Source of the DNA: Rhodoferax sp.
GTDB lineage: Bacteria; Pseudomonadota; Gammaproteobacteria; Burkholderiales; Burkholderiaceae_C
Assembly (NCBI GenBank): GCA_030697375.1
Contig: JAUYQD010000071.1
Location: 27,088-91,087 of the forward strand
Length of the DNA stretch: 64,000 bases
Direction: 5' to 3'
Both the position numbers and the translations under genes were made by a program. Under the pieces are notes generated by a model. The model was not told the origin of the DNA. It did no database searches and saw only the letters and a program-made list of their open reading frames with translations. Shown here piece after piece: positions 46,155 through 55,927 of the stretch; positions within the stretch are counted from its first letter, which is position 1; every line of letters starts with the position of its first letter.

Positions 46155-47404
46155 CGGTCAATCTCTCCAAAAACGATGTCCATAGTACCGATGATCGATA
46201 CCGCGTCGGCAATCATGTGGCCACTGGCCATTTCATTCAACCCAGCCAAATGGGCAAACCCAGGTGGCCGAATCTTCAAGCGATAGGGCTTGTTGGCCCC
46301 GTCACTCACAATGTAAATACCAAACTCACCCTTGGGATGCTCCACAGCGGCGTAGGCCTCGCCCTCGGGCACATGAAAACCCTCCGAGAACAACTTGAAG
46401 TGGTGAATCAGTTCTTCCATGCTGGTCTTCATGGACTCCCGCGAAGGTGGCGCCACCTTGTGGTTATCTGTAATCACGGGACCTGGATTCGCCTTGAGCC
46501 ATTCAACGCATTGTTTGATGATGCGGTTGGATTGCTTCATTTCTTCCATGCGCACCAAATAACGGTCATACACATCACCGGTTTTACCCACCGGAATATC
46601 AAAGTCCAGCTTGTCGTACACGTCATAGGGCTGCTTCTTGCGCAAGTCCCAGGCAATACCAGAGCCCCGCAACATGGGTCCTGTAAATCCCATATTCAAA
46701 GCACGCTCTGGCGTCACCACGCCAATATCAACCGTGCGTTGCTTCCATATCCGGTTTTCGGTCAGCAAGGTATGGTATTCATCCATACACAAAGGGAAGC
46801 GTTGCGTGAAATCGTCAATGAAGTCCAACAAGGAGCCCTGACGATTGCTATTGAGTTCCGCAACACCTTTGGCATTGCGCACACGACTCGCCTTGAATTG
46901 CGGCATGGTATCGGGCAAATCCCGGTACACACCACCCGGACGAAAGTAAGCGGCATGCATACGGGCACCACTGGCGGCCTCGTACATATCGAAAAGGTCT
47001 TCACGCTCGCGGAAGGTGTAGATCAGAATGGTCGAGCTACCGCAGTCGTTGCCATGGGAGCCCAACCACATCAAATGGTTCAACAAGCGAGTAATCTCCG
47101 CAAACATAACGCGGATGTACTGCGCCCGAACCGGAACCTCAATGCCAAGCAACTTCTCAATAGCAAGGCAATATGCATGCTCATTGCACATCATAGAAAC
47201 GTAATCAAGACGATCCATGTAGGGCAAAGCCTGCAGATAGGTCTTGGTTTCAGCCAATTTTTCCGTGGCGCGATGCAAAAGACCTATATGGGGATCTGCG
47301 CGCTGGATAACTTCGCCATCCAGCTCCAACACCAGCCGCAACACACCGTGCGCCGCCGGGTGCTGAGGTCCAAAATTGAGTGTGTAGTTTTTTATTTCAG
47401 CCAT
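46151..47404 (-). CDS. nuoD: NADH-quinone oxidoreductase subunit D
   Basis: [15 protein letters not shown] and terminal GEIDR. Confidence 0.98.
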   Translation of the reverse strand: MAEIKNYTLNFGPQHPAAHGVLRLVLELDGEVIQRADPHIGLLHRATEKLAETKTYLQALPYMDRLDYVSMMCNEHAYCLAIEKLLGIEVPVRAQYIRVMFAEITRLLNHLMWLGSHGNDCGSSTILIYTFREREDLFDMYEAASGARMHAAYFRPGGVYRDLPDTMPQFKASRVRNAKGVAELNSNRQGSLLDFIDDFTQRFPLCMDEYHTLLTENRIWKQRTVDIGVVTPERALNMGFTGPMLRGSGIAWDLRKKQPYDVYDKLDFDIPVGKTGDVYDRYLVRMEEMKQSNRIIKQCVEWLKANPGPVITDNHKVAPPSRESMKTSMEELIHHFKLFSEGFHVPEGEAYAAVEHPKGEFGIYIVSDGANKPYRLKIRPPGFAHLAGLNEMASGHMIADAVSIIGTMDIVFGEIDR

Positions 47405-47416
47405 GCATCCAACTGC

Positions 47417-48025
47417 TTATTGCAGGCCCCCATAATTGTTTTCGCGAATGATGCGCGGGGTGATTTCACGCGTCTCGATCGTGACTGGCAGGTACACAAC
47501 ACGCGCTTGCTCCGCGTCATACCGCATCTCCACATGGCCCGTCGTAGGAAAGTCTTTCCGAAACGGATGACCAATAAAACCGTAATCCGTCAGAATCCGA
47601 CGCAAGTCAGTGTGTCCATCAAACACAATGCCAAACAAGTCAAAAGCTTCTCGCTCAAACCAGTTTGCGGAATTCCAGATGTCATTAACCGAATCCACCA
47701 TCGGCATCGCATCATCCGGCGCAAACACTTTCAGACGCACCCTTTGATTCAAGCTGACCGACAAAAGATGAACAACCACACAGTAGCGCAAACCGCCATC
47801 GGCACCGGCCTGGTATTCGGAATAATCCACTCCGCACAGGTCAATGAGTTGCTCAAACTTGCAAGCTGGCGCATCGCGCAAGGACTGCGCAGCAGCATGG
47901 TAGTCACCTGCAGAAACCACCACGGTAAGCTCCCCCAAATTAATGGAAGAACGCTTAACCTTATCACCCAAAACGGCAAGAACAGCTTCTTGAAGAGCCT
48001 CGGGGCGAACGGAAAATGTAGTCAT
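47417..48025 (-). CDS. nuoC: NADH-quinone oxidoreductase subunit C
   Basis: [12 protein letters not shown] and [17 protein letters not shown]. Confidence 0.96.
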   Translation of the reverse strand: MTTFSVRPEALQEAVLAVLGDKVKRSSINLGELTVVVSAGDYHAAAQSLRDAPACKFEQLIDLCGVDYSEYQAGADGGLRYCVVVHLLSVSLNQRVRLKVFAPDDAMPMVDSVNDIWNSANWFEREAFDLFGIVFDGHTDLRRILTDYGFIGHPFRKDFPTTGHVEMRYDAEQARVVYLPVTIETREITPRIIRENNYGGLQ

Positions 48026-48035
48026 GATTTCCCTT

Positions 48036-48515
48036 TTAAACCCGAGCAATCGTCTCAGTGCGTCGAATTTTTTGCTGAAGTTGCAAAATTCCGTAAATCA
48101 GCGCTTCTGCAGTAGGAGGACAGCCTGGCACATAAACATCTACCGGCACAACGCGATCACAACCCCGAACCACAGAGTAGCTGTAGTGGTAGTAGCCTCC
48201 ACCATTGGCACAAGAACCCATGCTAATAACCCAGCGTGGCTCCGACATCTGGTCATACACCTTGCGCAATGCAGGAGCCATTTTGTTGCAAAGCGTGCCC
48301 GCAACAATCATCAAATCAGACTGACGAGGACTGGCACGAAACACCTCGGAACCAAAACGACTGATGTCGTAACGGGCCGCTGCCGCGTGCATCATCTCAA
48401 CAGCACAGCAAGCCAAACCAAAGGTCATAGGCCAAATAGACCCCGTTTTGGCCCAATTCATCACCGAGTCGTAACTCGTGGTGACAAAACCCTCTTTCAA
48501 AACACCTTCAATCAT
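48036..48515 (-). CDS. nuoB: NADH-quinone oxidoreductase subunit B
   Basis: [10 protein letters not shown] and [10 protein letters not shown]. Confidence 0.97.
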   Translation of the reverse strand: MIEGVLKEGFVTTSYDSVMNWAKTGSIWPMTFGLACCAVEMMHAAAARYDISRFGSEVFRASPRQSDLMIVAGTLCNKMAPALRKVYDQMSEPRWVISMGSCANGGGYYHYSYSVVRGCDRVVPVDVYVPGCPPTAEALIYGILQLQQKIRRTETIARV

Positions 48516-48519
48516 TCTG

Positions 48520-48879
48520 TTACTCCCAGTCCAGAGCGCCTTTTTGCCACATGTACACGAAGCCAATAGCAAGAACACCCACAAACTCTGCACCGATCAA
48601 AAATCCAAAAAATCCAATTTCCTTAAGAGAGACCGCCCAAGGAAATAAAAATGCCGTTTCCAAGTCAAACAAAATAAACAAAATGGCGACAAGGTAATAA
48701 CGAACGTCAAATTTCATTCGTGCGTCTTCAAACGCTTCAAAACCACATTCATAGGGGGAGTTTTTTGCCGCATCCGGCCGATTCGGCCCCAAAATATAAC
48801 CAAGTACTTGGGGAACGATACCGATTGCAATGCCGACCAAGATGAACAACAGGACGGGGAGATATTGATCGAGGTTCAT
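48520..48879 (-). CDS. nuoA: NADH-quinone oxidoreductase subunit A
   Basis: PYECGF and LFILFDLE. Confidence 0.96.
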   Translation of the reverse strand: MNLDQYLPVLLFILVGIAIGIVPQVLGYILGPNRPDAAKNSPYECGFEAFEDARMKFDVRYYLVAILFILFDLETAFLFPWAVSLKEIGFFGFLIGAEFVGVLAIGFVYMWQKGALDWE

Positions 48880-48940
48880 CGAAGGATTCTGATCACCGTT
48901 AGATGCCGTCCAGCATAGACTTGGACTGACAAAATTTGTT

Positions 48941-49025
48941 TGGTGCCGTCGGCGAGACTCGAACTCGCACAGCTTTCGCCACTACCCCCTCAAGATAGCG
49001 TGTCTACCAATTTCACCACGACGGC
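48941..49025 (-). tRNA. tRNA-Leu(GAG)
   Basis: 85 nt with GCCGTCG/CGACGGC acceptor stem, CTATC-TTGAGGG-GGTAG anticodon arm, long variable arm, GTTCGAG T-loop and encoded CCA. Confidence 0.97.
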
Positions 49026-49143
49026 GGCTCTCAGATATCCAGATTGCGTGAGGTACCTTGCGGTTTTTTTGCTTTCCAGACAAGCATAGAGTTTACCCTG
49101 ATTTGCCCTCTCTCCTGCAGGGAGAAAGCAATTAAAGTAGCAA

Positions 49144-49488
49144 TTATTTAGATGGAATCTGAGCGGCTCCAGATGCCGCAACTGCAGGGGCTACAGCAGC
49201 AGGCACCACCGCAGCAGCACCCTCCAAAACACTACCTGAACTTGCCGGGCGCAAGTTGCCAAAATAGGCCAACGCCAGGGTACACACAAAAAATACAGTT
49301 GCCAAAACTGCCGTAGTACGCGACAAAAAGTTGGCACTTCCACTGGCACCAAACAGACTGCCAGATCCACCACTTCCAAATGCCGCCCCCATATCAGCAC
49401 CTTTGCCATGCTGTACCAAAATCAAACCAATCATGCCCAAGGCCGACAGCATCTGCACCGTCAAAATAATCGTTACCAAGATATTCAT
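49144..49488 (-). CDS. secG: Preprotein translocase subunit SecG
   Basis: ILVQHGKGADMGAAFGSG and NFLSRTT. Confidence 0.96.
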   Translation of the reverse strand: MNILVTIILTVQMLSALGMIGLILVQHGKGADMGAAFGSGGSGSLFGASGSANFLSRTTAVLATVFFVCTLALAYFGNLRPASSGSVLEGAAAVVPAAVAPAVAASGAAQIPSK

Positions 49489-49524
49489 ACTCTTCTCCTA
49501 AATTCAAAACAAATGCCAGCCGAT

Positions 49525-50265
49525 TTATTGGGCTGCAGCGATGATGGATAAAAAATCTGCCGCCTTGAGGGACGCACCGCCCACCAAACCGCCGTCGATG
49601 TCGGCTTGCGACAACAACTGCACAGCATTCGCCGCGTTCATGCTGCCGCCATACAAAATATGCACCCGATCTGCCTGCGCGCTGGCGGCACGCAGCTGCG
49701 CACGCAGCACAGCATGGACCTGCTGCGCCTGCACGGGACTGGCAGTCTTGCCGGTACCAATTGCCCACACCGGCTCATACGCCACCACAATTTCACTGAT
49801 GCAATGTCCATTGGCATGAATGACTGCCGCCAATTGGCGCTTGACAACCTCTTCGGTACGACCTGCTTCGCGTTCCGCCAGGGTTTCTCCCACACACACA
49901 ATGGGCGTAATGCCAGAAGCCAACGCCCGCTGGGCCTTGGCAGCCACCACCGCGTCGGTTTCGCCGTGGTATTGACGACGCTCGGAGTGACCAACAATGG
50001 CGTACCGAGCACCGCAATCTTGCAGCATGCTGGCAGACACCTCCCCAGTGAACGCACCCGATTCATGCTGCGACACATCTTGCGCACCCAGATCAATACC
50101 AGTGCCGGCAACCAGGCCCCGAACCTGGGCCAAGTAAGGCGCAGGCACACACACCGCAACCAAACATTGCCAGTCGGACGAGCCACTGAGCAAGGCCTGC
50201 ACCAGCGCTGCATTGGACGCAGCCGATCCGTTCATTTTCCAGTTTCCAGCGATCAACTTTTTCAT
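49525..50265 (-). CDS. tpiA: Triosephosphate isomerase
   Basis: [25 protein letters not shown] and LVGGASL. Confidence 0.98.
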   Translation of the reverse strand: MKKLIAGNWKMNGSAASNAALVQALLSGSSDWQCLVAVCVPAPYLAQVRGLVAGTGIDLGAQDVSQHESGAFTGEVSASMLQDCGARYAIVGHSERRQYHGETDAVVAAKAQRALASGITPIVCVGETLAEREAGRTEEVVKRQLAAVIHANGHCISEIVVAYEPVWAIGTGKTASPVQAQQVHAVLRAQLRAASAQADRVHILYGGSMNAANAVQLLSQADIDGGLVGGASLKAADFLSIIAAAQ

Positions 50266-51257
50266 GCTGTCTCCCATGTCAAAACTATTTTTCCTACGTG
50301 CTGATTGGATTCCATCAGAGCATGGGCGCGCGATGCGTCCCCGGCCGCGAACACGCTGTGCACCACCGGTTTGATGCGTCCTGCTGCAATCAGGGGCCAC
50401 ACCTGTTTCAGACACGCCTGCGCAATTGCTTCCTTGAAAGCAACCGGCCGCGCTCGGAGTGTGGAACCGGTAATAGTCAAACGGCGACGCAATACCAAAC
50501 CGGCATTGATCTCACTGTTTACACCACCCTGCACCCCAATAATGACCAAACGCCCATCCTCCGCCATACATGCCAACTCTTTGGCGATATAGCTGCCGGC
50601 GACCATGTCCAACACAACGTCAACCCCACGGCCATCCGTTAAACGCAGAACTTCCGTTTGAAAGTCGTGCGTCTTGTAATTGATGGCGTGATCTGCGCCC
50701 AATGCCAGGCAAGCCGTGCATTTTTCATCGCTGCCTGCCGTGGCAATCACGATGGAACCCCGCGCTTTTGCCAACTGGATAGCCGTCACGCCGATGCCAC
50801 TGCTGCCGCCTTGCACCAGCAAGGTTTCACCGCTTTGCAGCGCACCTCGGTCAAACACATTGCTCCAGACGGTGAAAACCGTCTCGGGCAAACTGGCCGC
50901 CTCGACGTCGCTCAACCCCTCTGGCACCGGCAGGCATTGCGCGACCGGAGCAACGCAGTACTCTGCGTAGCCGCCACCCGCCACCAAGGCACATACACGG
51001 TCGCCCACTTTGAGCCCTGCCCGTTGGAGTGCATCCACATCGCCAGCCACCACGGTGCCGGCCACTTCAAGGCCAGGAATGTCCGACGCACCGGCAGGTG
51101 CAGGGTAATGCCCGGCACGCTGTAATACGTCAGGACGGTTGATGCCGCTGGCACCCACCCGAATACATACCTCCCCTGCGCCCGCCACGGGCACATGCCG
51201 TTCTCCCAGACGCAAAACGTCTGGGCCGCCAAAAGAGGTGATTTCGATAACTTTCAT
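50262..51257 (-). CDS. NAD(P)H-quinone oxidoreductase (zeta-crystallin/PIG3 type)
   Basis: [17 protein letters not shown] and GSTLR. Confidence 0.92.
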   Translation of the reverse strand: MKVIEITSFGGPDVLRLGERHVPVAGAGEVCIRVGASGINRPDVLQRAGHYPAPAGASDIPGLEVAGTVVAGDVDALQRAGLKVGDRVCALVAGGGYAEYCVAPVAQCLPVPEGLSDVEAASLPETVFTVWSNVFDRGALQSGETLLVQGGSSGIGVTAIQLAKARGSIVIATAGSDEKCTACLALGADHAINYKTHDFQTEVLRLTDGRGVDVVLDMVAGSYIAKELACMAEDGRLVIIGVQGGVNSEINAGLVLRRRLTITGSTLRARPVAFKEAIAQACLKQVWPLIAAGRIKPVVHSVFAAGDASRAHALMESNQHVGKIVLTWETA

Positions 51258-51273
51258 CGTAGTTTCAACCGAC

Positions 51274-51315
51274 AGCCCGCACTGCGCTTGCGCAGGCAGC
51301 TATCGATTTACTAGC
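51274..51315 (-). repeat. Dispersed 42-bp spaced motif, intergenic copy between pnp and the quinone oxidoreductase
   Basis: GCTAG TAAATCG ATAGC TGCCTGCGCA AGCGCAGTGC GGGCT. Confidence 0.82.
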
Positions 51316-51327
51316 GCCATGCATCCA

Positions 51328-53445
51328 TCAAGAATGGTCGTTGGACTGTGCAGGACGGTCCAGCAAGGCTTTCATGGACAGCTTGATGCGGCCTTTTTCG
51401 TCCGTTTCCATGACCTTGACCTTGACGATCTGGCCTTCGGACAGGTAGTCGGTAACCTTCTCGACGCGCTCATGGGCAATCTGGCTGATGTGCAACAAAC
51501 CGTCTTTGCCTGGCAACAGATTAATCAAGGCACCGAAGTCCAGAATCTTGGTCACAGGGCCTTCGTAGACCTTGCCGATTTCCACTTCCGCGGTGATCTG
51601 CTCGATGCGGCGCTTGGCTTCCTCGGCCTTGGCAGGATCGGCAGACGCGATGGTGATGGTGCCATCTTCCTCGATGTTGATCTGGGTGCCGGTTTCTTCG
51701 GTCAACGCACGGATCACGGCGCCGCCCTTGCCGATCACGTCACGGATCTTCTCGGGGTTGATCTTCATGGTGAACAGGCGCGGTGCAAAGTTGGACACTT
51801 CGGTCTTGGCCTCACTCATCGCCTCTTGCATCTTGCCCAGGATGTGCATGCGCGCCTCCTTGGCCTGGGCCAAAGCGACTTGCATAATTTCCTTGGTGAT
51901 GCCCTGGATTTTGATGTCCATCTGCAGCGCAGTAATACCGTTGGTGGTACCGGCCACCTTGAAGTCCATGTCACCCAAATGGTCTTCGTCACCCAGGATG
52001 TCGGTCAACACCGCAAAGCGGTTGTCTTCCTTGATCAGACCCATGGCAATACCCGCCACGTGCGCCTTCATGGGCACACCAGCGTCCATCAAGGACAGGC
52101 AGCCGCCACAGACGGAAGCCATGGACGAAGAGCCATTGGACTCGGTGATTTCCGACACCACACGCATGGTGTAAGGGAAGTCTTCCTTGTTCGGCAACAC
52201 GGCAACCAGTGCGCGCTTGGCCAAACGGCCATGGCCAATTTCACGGCGTTTCGGGGTCCCAACGCGGCCGGTTTCGCCGGTGGCGAAGGGAGGCATGTTG
52301 TAGTGCAGCATGAAGCGGTCTTCGTACTCGCCGCTCAAAGCGTCGATACGCTGTGCATCACGCTCGGTGCCCAAGGTGGTAACAACCAAAGCCTGGGTTT
52401 CACCCCGGGTGAACAAAGCAGAACCGTGGGTGCGTGGCAACACGCTGTTGCGGATTTCGATGGCGCGCACGGTGCGGGTGTCGCGGCCGTCGATGCGGGG
52501 CTCACCGGCCAGAATCTGGCTGCGCACGATCTTGGCTTCGATGTCGAACAACATGCCTTCAACGGCAACGCTGTCGAATGCGGCGCCTTCTGCCTTCAAG
52601 GCAGACATGACTTCCGAGTACGCAGCGCGGCAAGCCTGGGTGCGGGCTTGCTTGTTGCGGATTTGGTAAGCCGCAGCCAGCTTTTCGCCAGCCAATGCGC
52701 CAACCTTGGCGATCAGTGGTTCGTCCTTGGCAGGGGCTTTCCAGTCCCACACGGGTTTGCCCGCATCACGCACCAATTCATGGATCGCGTTGATGGCGAT
52801 GTTGCCTTGCTCATGGCCGAACACCACGGCGCCCAACATGATTTCTTCCGACAGCTGCTGGGCTTCACTTTCCACCATCAGCACAGCCGCTTCGGTACCT
52901 GCCACGACCAGATCCATGATGGAACCCTTGCGTGCGGTCTGACCGGGGTTGAGCACGTACTCGCCATTGACGTAACCCACGCGGGCTGCACCAATGGGGC
53001 CGTTGAATGGCACACCGCTGACGGACAACGCAGCACTGACCGCGATCAAGGCGGCGATATCGGCATCCACTTCAGGATTCAAGGACAAGGTGTGCACCAC
53101 GACGTGCACTTCATTGAAGAAACCTTCGGGGAACAGCGGACGGATGGGGCGGTCGATCAGGCGGCTGGTCAGGGTTTCGAATTCGCTGGGGCGGCCTTCG
53201 CGCTTGAAGAAGCTGCCGGGGATCTTGCCTGCGGCGTAGGTCTTTTCAAGGTAATCCACGGTCAAGGGGAAGAAGTCTTGGCCCGCTTTGCCTTCGGTCT
53301 TGGCAACCACGGTGGCCAGCACCACGGTGCCATCCATGTCCAACAGCACGGCGCCGGTGGACTGACGGGCGATTTCGCCGGTTTCCATGGTGACCGTGTT
53401 TTGGCCCCATTGGAAGGTCTTGCTAACTTTATTGAAAATTGTCAT
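51328..53445 (-). CDS. pnp: Polyribonucleotide nucleotidyltransferase
   Basis: [19 protein letters not shown] and DMDFKVAG, with KH and S1 domains. Confidence 0.99.
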   Translation of the reverse strand: MTIFNKVSKTFQWGQNTVTMETGEIARQSTGAVLLDMDGTVVLATVVAKTEGKAGQDFFPLTVDYLEKTYAAGKIPGSFFKREGRPSEFETLTSRLIDRPIRPLFPEGFFNEVHVVVHTLSLNPEVDADIAALIAVSAALSVSGVPFNGPIGAARVGYVNGEYVLNPGQTARKGSIMDLVVAGTEAAVLMVESEAQQLSEEIMLGAVVFGHEQGNIAINAIHELVRDAGKPVWDWKAPAKDEPLIAKVGALAGEKLAAAYQIRNKQARTQACRAAYSEVMSALKAEGAAFDSVAVEGMLFDIEAKIVRSQILAGEPRIDGRDTRTVRAIEIRNSVLPRTHGSALFTRGETQALVVTTLGTERDAQRIDALSGEYEDRFMLHYNMPPFATGETGRVGTPKRREIGHGRLAKRALVAVLPNKEDFPYTMRVVSEITESNGSSSMASVCGGCLSLMDAGVPMKAHVAGIAMGLIKEDNRFAVLTDILGDEDHLGDMDFKVAGTTNGITALQMDIKIQGITKEIMQVALAQAKEARMHILGKMQEAMSEAKTEVSNFAPRLFTMKINPEKIRDVIGKGGAVIRALTEETGTQINIEEDGTITIASADPAKAEEAKRRIEQITAEVEIGKVYEGPVTKILDFGALINLLPGKDGLLHISQIAHERVEKVTDYLSEGQIVKVKVMETDEKGRIKLSMKALLDRPAQSNDHS

Positions 53446-53540
53446 CGTGAATCTCCTGTTATGGCGGCCCCGGTACCGGGGCCGGTTTGGAAGGTAAAGG
53501 CCACCTCACCCAAGCCCGGAGTCAACAACACAGAACACGA

Positions 53541-53582
53541 TGCCATTCCAGAGAAACATCCCAATGCTTCTCTGGAATGACA
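53541..53582 (-). promoter_or_regulatory. Long stem-loop in the pnp leader (candidate RNase III site)
   Basis: CATTCCAGAGAA/TTCTCTGGAATG perfect 12-bp stem, extendable to 15 bp with one G-U. Confidence 0.6.
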
Positions 53583-53614
53583 CAGCTTCGCTCCGTTTTT
53601 GCCGTCTCCGAAGT

Positions 53615-53648
53615 AAAAAACGCCTGAGCTAGTAACCTAACTCAGGCG
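53615..53648 (-). terminator. rpsO intrinsic terminator
   Basis: CGCCTGAG/CTCAGGCG stem followed by T6 on the minus strand. Confidence 0.85.
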
Positions 53649-53668
53649 TCTGTCATTCAATGCAGCGT

Positions 53669-53935
53669 TTACTTGCGCAGACCCAACTTGGCGATCAGTG
53701 CAACGTAACGGTCGTGGTCTTTGGAATTCAAGTAGTCCAACAGCTTGCGACGGCGGCTCACCATGCGCAACAGACCGCGGCGACCGTGGTGGTCTTTGGC
53801 GTGGGTCTTGAAGTGGGGGGTGAGTTCGTTGATACGGGCGGTCAGCAGTGCAACTTGCACTTCTGGGCTACCGGTGTCACCGGCTTGGCGTGCGTTGTCT
53901 TTAACGACAGCGGCTTTGATGCTGGATGCGATCAT
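53669..53935 (-). CDS. rpsO: 30S ribosomal protein S15
   Basis: [13 protein letters not shown] and [11 protein letters not shown]; 88 aa. Confidence 0.98.
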   Translation of the reverse strand: MIASSIKAAVVKDNARQAGDTGSPEVQVALLTARINELTPHFKTHAKDHHGRRGLLRMVSRRRKLLDYLNSKDHDRYVALIAKLGLRK

Positions 53936-53949
53936 GATTTTTTCCTGTG

Positions 53950-54022
53950 ATTTAAAACTTGCGCTTATTGCTGGAACTGCCTTAAGCGTGCGCCTTGCGG
54001 GATGCAAAGCCGCTCGATTATA
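53950..54022 (-). promoter_or_regulatory. rpsO promoter -10 and structured leader
   Basis: TATAAT at 54017-54022, then a GCAA-tetraloop hairpin and a CGCTTA/TAAGCG stem before the RBS. Confidence 0.55.
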
Positions 54023-54053
54023 GCCCGATCCACTCCGCGCACCCACGGCCCCA

Positions 54054-55373
54054 TCAGGGGCGCTGCATCTTGCAGGTGGTTGCCTGCTCCGCGGCGGCGG
54101 CAGCAATGCTCTTGACCACGCGAAAGCCGTAACCCGAGCCTTCCACGTCGAACTTCACACCGGGCGTCCCCGCCCTGTCCATCACTCCCACCACCAAAGG
54201 CTGCTGAAACTGGTGGTCGGCCGCGCGCATGGCACCGGATTGACCACCAAAAGTGACGTTAGCCCGCTCCAGCTGTGCGCCAACAGCTACCAAATCCATA
54301 GCATCGGCTGGGACTGAACTGGCGCCTTGCTTGCCCGCACCGTCAATGGCCTGCGCCAGCGACTCCACCATCAACTGCATGCGCATGTGCACGTAGTCGT
54401 CGGCGCTCTGGGGGTAACGCACCCGAAACGATTTGTAAAACGCCTCGCTGGCGGGGGTCTGCACATTGGGCAACCAGTCGGCCACGGCCACCACCTTGCC
54501 CACGCCCGCGTCGCCGATGGCGGCGGGTGCGCCCAGCGCATTGCCGTAGAAGGTGTAGAACTTGCCGTCATAGCCCGCGTCTTTCGCCGCTTTGATCAGC
54601 AAGGTCAAATCATTGCCCCAGTTGCCGGTGATGACGGCCTGCGCGCCACTGGCCTTGATTTTGGCGGCATAGGGCAAAAAGTCTTTCACCTTGGCCATGG
54701 GGTGCAGCTCTTCGGCGGCAATCTGCACATCGGGGCGCTGCAACCCCAGCTGGCGCTTGGCCTCGCCCAACACGGCTTTGCCAAAGCTGTAGTCCTGCCC
54801 GATCAGGTACACACTTTTGAGCGCCTTGTCGTCCTTGACCACGTCCATCAATGCGGCCATGCGCATGTCGGCATGGGCGTCAAAACGAAAATGCCAAAAG
54901 CTGCATTTCTCGTTGGTCAGCGCCGGGTCTACCGCCGAATAGTTCAGAAAAATCACCCGTTTGCCCGGCTCACGCTCGTTGTGTTTGTTGATGGCATCGA
55001 TCAGAACGCCGGCCGTGGCCGACGAATTGCCCTGCAAAATGAAACGCGCGCCGTTGTCGATGGCCGAACGCAAAGCAGACAGCGCCTCTTCGTTGAGGCC
55101 TTTGCTGTCAAACCGCTCCAACACCAGCGGCTGGGCGCCACCCGCCGCACCGAAGGGCTTGACACCGCCCCGCGCGTTGACGCGTTCCACCGCCCACGCC
55201 AGGTTGCGGTACACCGCCTCCCCGGCATTGCCGGTCGGGCCGCTCAAGCCCTCAATCATGGCCAGTTTGATCCCGGTGGGCGCCGTCTGTGCGAAGGCTG
55301 TAGAGACCGCCAAAGCTGCGGCAAATAGCGCCGCAGCGCCCGATTTCAAGACCTGGGAATGAAGAATAAACAT
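54054..55373 (-). CDS. Branched-chain amino acid ABC-type periplasmic binding protein (LivK/J fold), standalone
   Basis: Signal peptide, NYSAVDP, QDYSFG and ITGNWGNDL; no permease genes adjacent. Confidence 0.88.
   Translation of the reverse strand: MFILHSQVLKSGAAALFAAALAVSTAFAQTAPTGIKLAMIEGLSGPTGNAGEAVYRNLAWAVERVNARGGVKPFGAAGGAQPLVLERFDSKGLNEEALSALRSAIDNGARFILQGNSSATAGVLIDAINKHNEREPGKRVIFLNYSAVDPALTNEKCSFWHFRFDAHADMRMAALMDVVKDDKALKSVYLIGQDYSFGKAVLGEAKRQLGLQRPDVQIAAEELHPMAKVKDFLPYAAKIKASGAQAVITGNWGNDLTLLIKAAKDAGYDGKFYTFYGNALGAPAAIGDAGVGKVVAVADWLPNVQTPASEAFYKSFRVRYPQSADDYVHMRMQLMVESLAQAIDGAGKQGASSVPADAMDLVAVGAQLERANVTFGGQSGAMRAADHQFQQPLVVGVMDRAGTPGVKFDVEGSGYGFRVVKSIAAAAAEQATTCKMQRP
54261..54302 (-). 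repeat. Dispersed 42-bp spaced motif, copy inside the binding-protein gene (sense)
   Basis: GCTAT GGATTTG GTAGC TGTTGGCGCA CAGCTGGAGC GGGCT. Confidence 0.75.
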
Positions 55374-55467
55374 GCTGAAATTTCTCTTGAAATGAGAGGG
55401 AAGAGACGCAGCTTCTGTCCATGCGGCGCTCAATGTGAGAGCCGCGCAGTGTACTAGGAGTCACACC

Positions 55468-55857
55468 ATGTTTTTCGCTACCGCCCCCTCCCCCCTGTCC
55501 TCTGGTTTGCGTCGCCAGGCCTATGCACATGCGGGCCGCACGGTGGACCGTTTTCTGGACGATGCCCTCTGCTCCGCCCGCCAACAAGGGGCGGCCTACA
55601 CGCAGGACGACACAGCCTTCACCCTGACGCTGGACATGCCCGGCATCGCCAAAGACCAGTTGAGCATCGCGATTGAAGGCGCCGTGGTGCGCATCAGCAG
55701 CAAAGAAGGTGCGCCGCGCCGCTACCGTGCCGCCTACGAGCTGCCCCAGGATGTGGACACGACCCAGAGCGAAGCCAAGCTGGAAAACGGCGTATTGACG
55801 CTGAAATTGGCCAAAAAAGTCCCGGTGAAAAACAGCACCGAGTTGCCGATTCAGTAA
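55468..55857 (+). CDS. Hsp20/alpha-crystallin small heat-shock protein
   Basis: LTLDMPGIAKDQLSIAIEG and AKLENGVLTLKL; AGGAG RBS. Confidence 0.92.
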   Translation: MFFATAPSPLSSGLRRQAYAHAGRTVDRFLDDALCSARQQGAAYTQDDTAFTLTLDMPGIAKDQLSIAIEGAVVRISSKEGAPRRYRAAYELPQDVDTTQSEAKLENGVLTLKLAKKVPVKNSTELPIQ

Positions 55858-55874
55858 AGAAGCCAGCAGCAGGC

Positions 55875-55916
55875 GCTCTCATTTTAGGAGCTGCCCGCGC
55901 TTATTCCACAAGGGTT
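55875..55916 (+). repeat. Dispersed 42-bp spaced motif, intergenic copy between convergent hsp20 and tsaD
   Basis: GCTCT CATTTTA GGAGC TGCCCGCGCT TATTCCACAA GGGTT. Confidence 0.82.
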
Positions 55917-55927
55917 AGCGGTGGTTT

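Noticed and set aside
48901-49025. tRNA-Leu as an integration site
   Set aside because: There is no duplicated 3' end, integrase or foreign DNA; nuoA follows directly.
49102-49142. TGCTACTTTAATTG downstream of secG resembling the head of the 42-bp motif
   Set aside because: The second arm, the CGC and the GGGCT are not at the fixed spacing. It is better explained as a TCTCC/GGAGA hairpin after secG.
55386-55445. Sigma32 promoter or RNA thermometer for hsp20
   Set aside because: The CTTGAAA -35 is present but no CCCCAT at proper spacing, and the nearby hairpin does not cover the SD.
55901-55910. TTATTCCACA, DnaA-box-like
   Set aside because: It is a single imperfect box lying in the variable spacer of a motif copy, with no oriC context.
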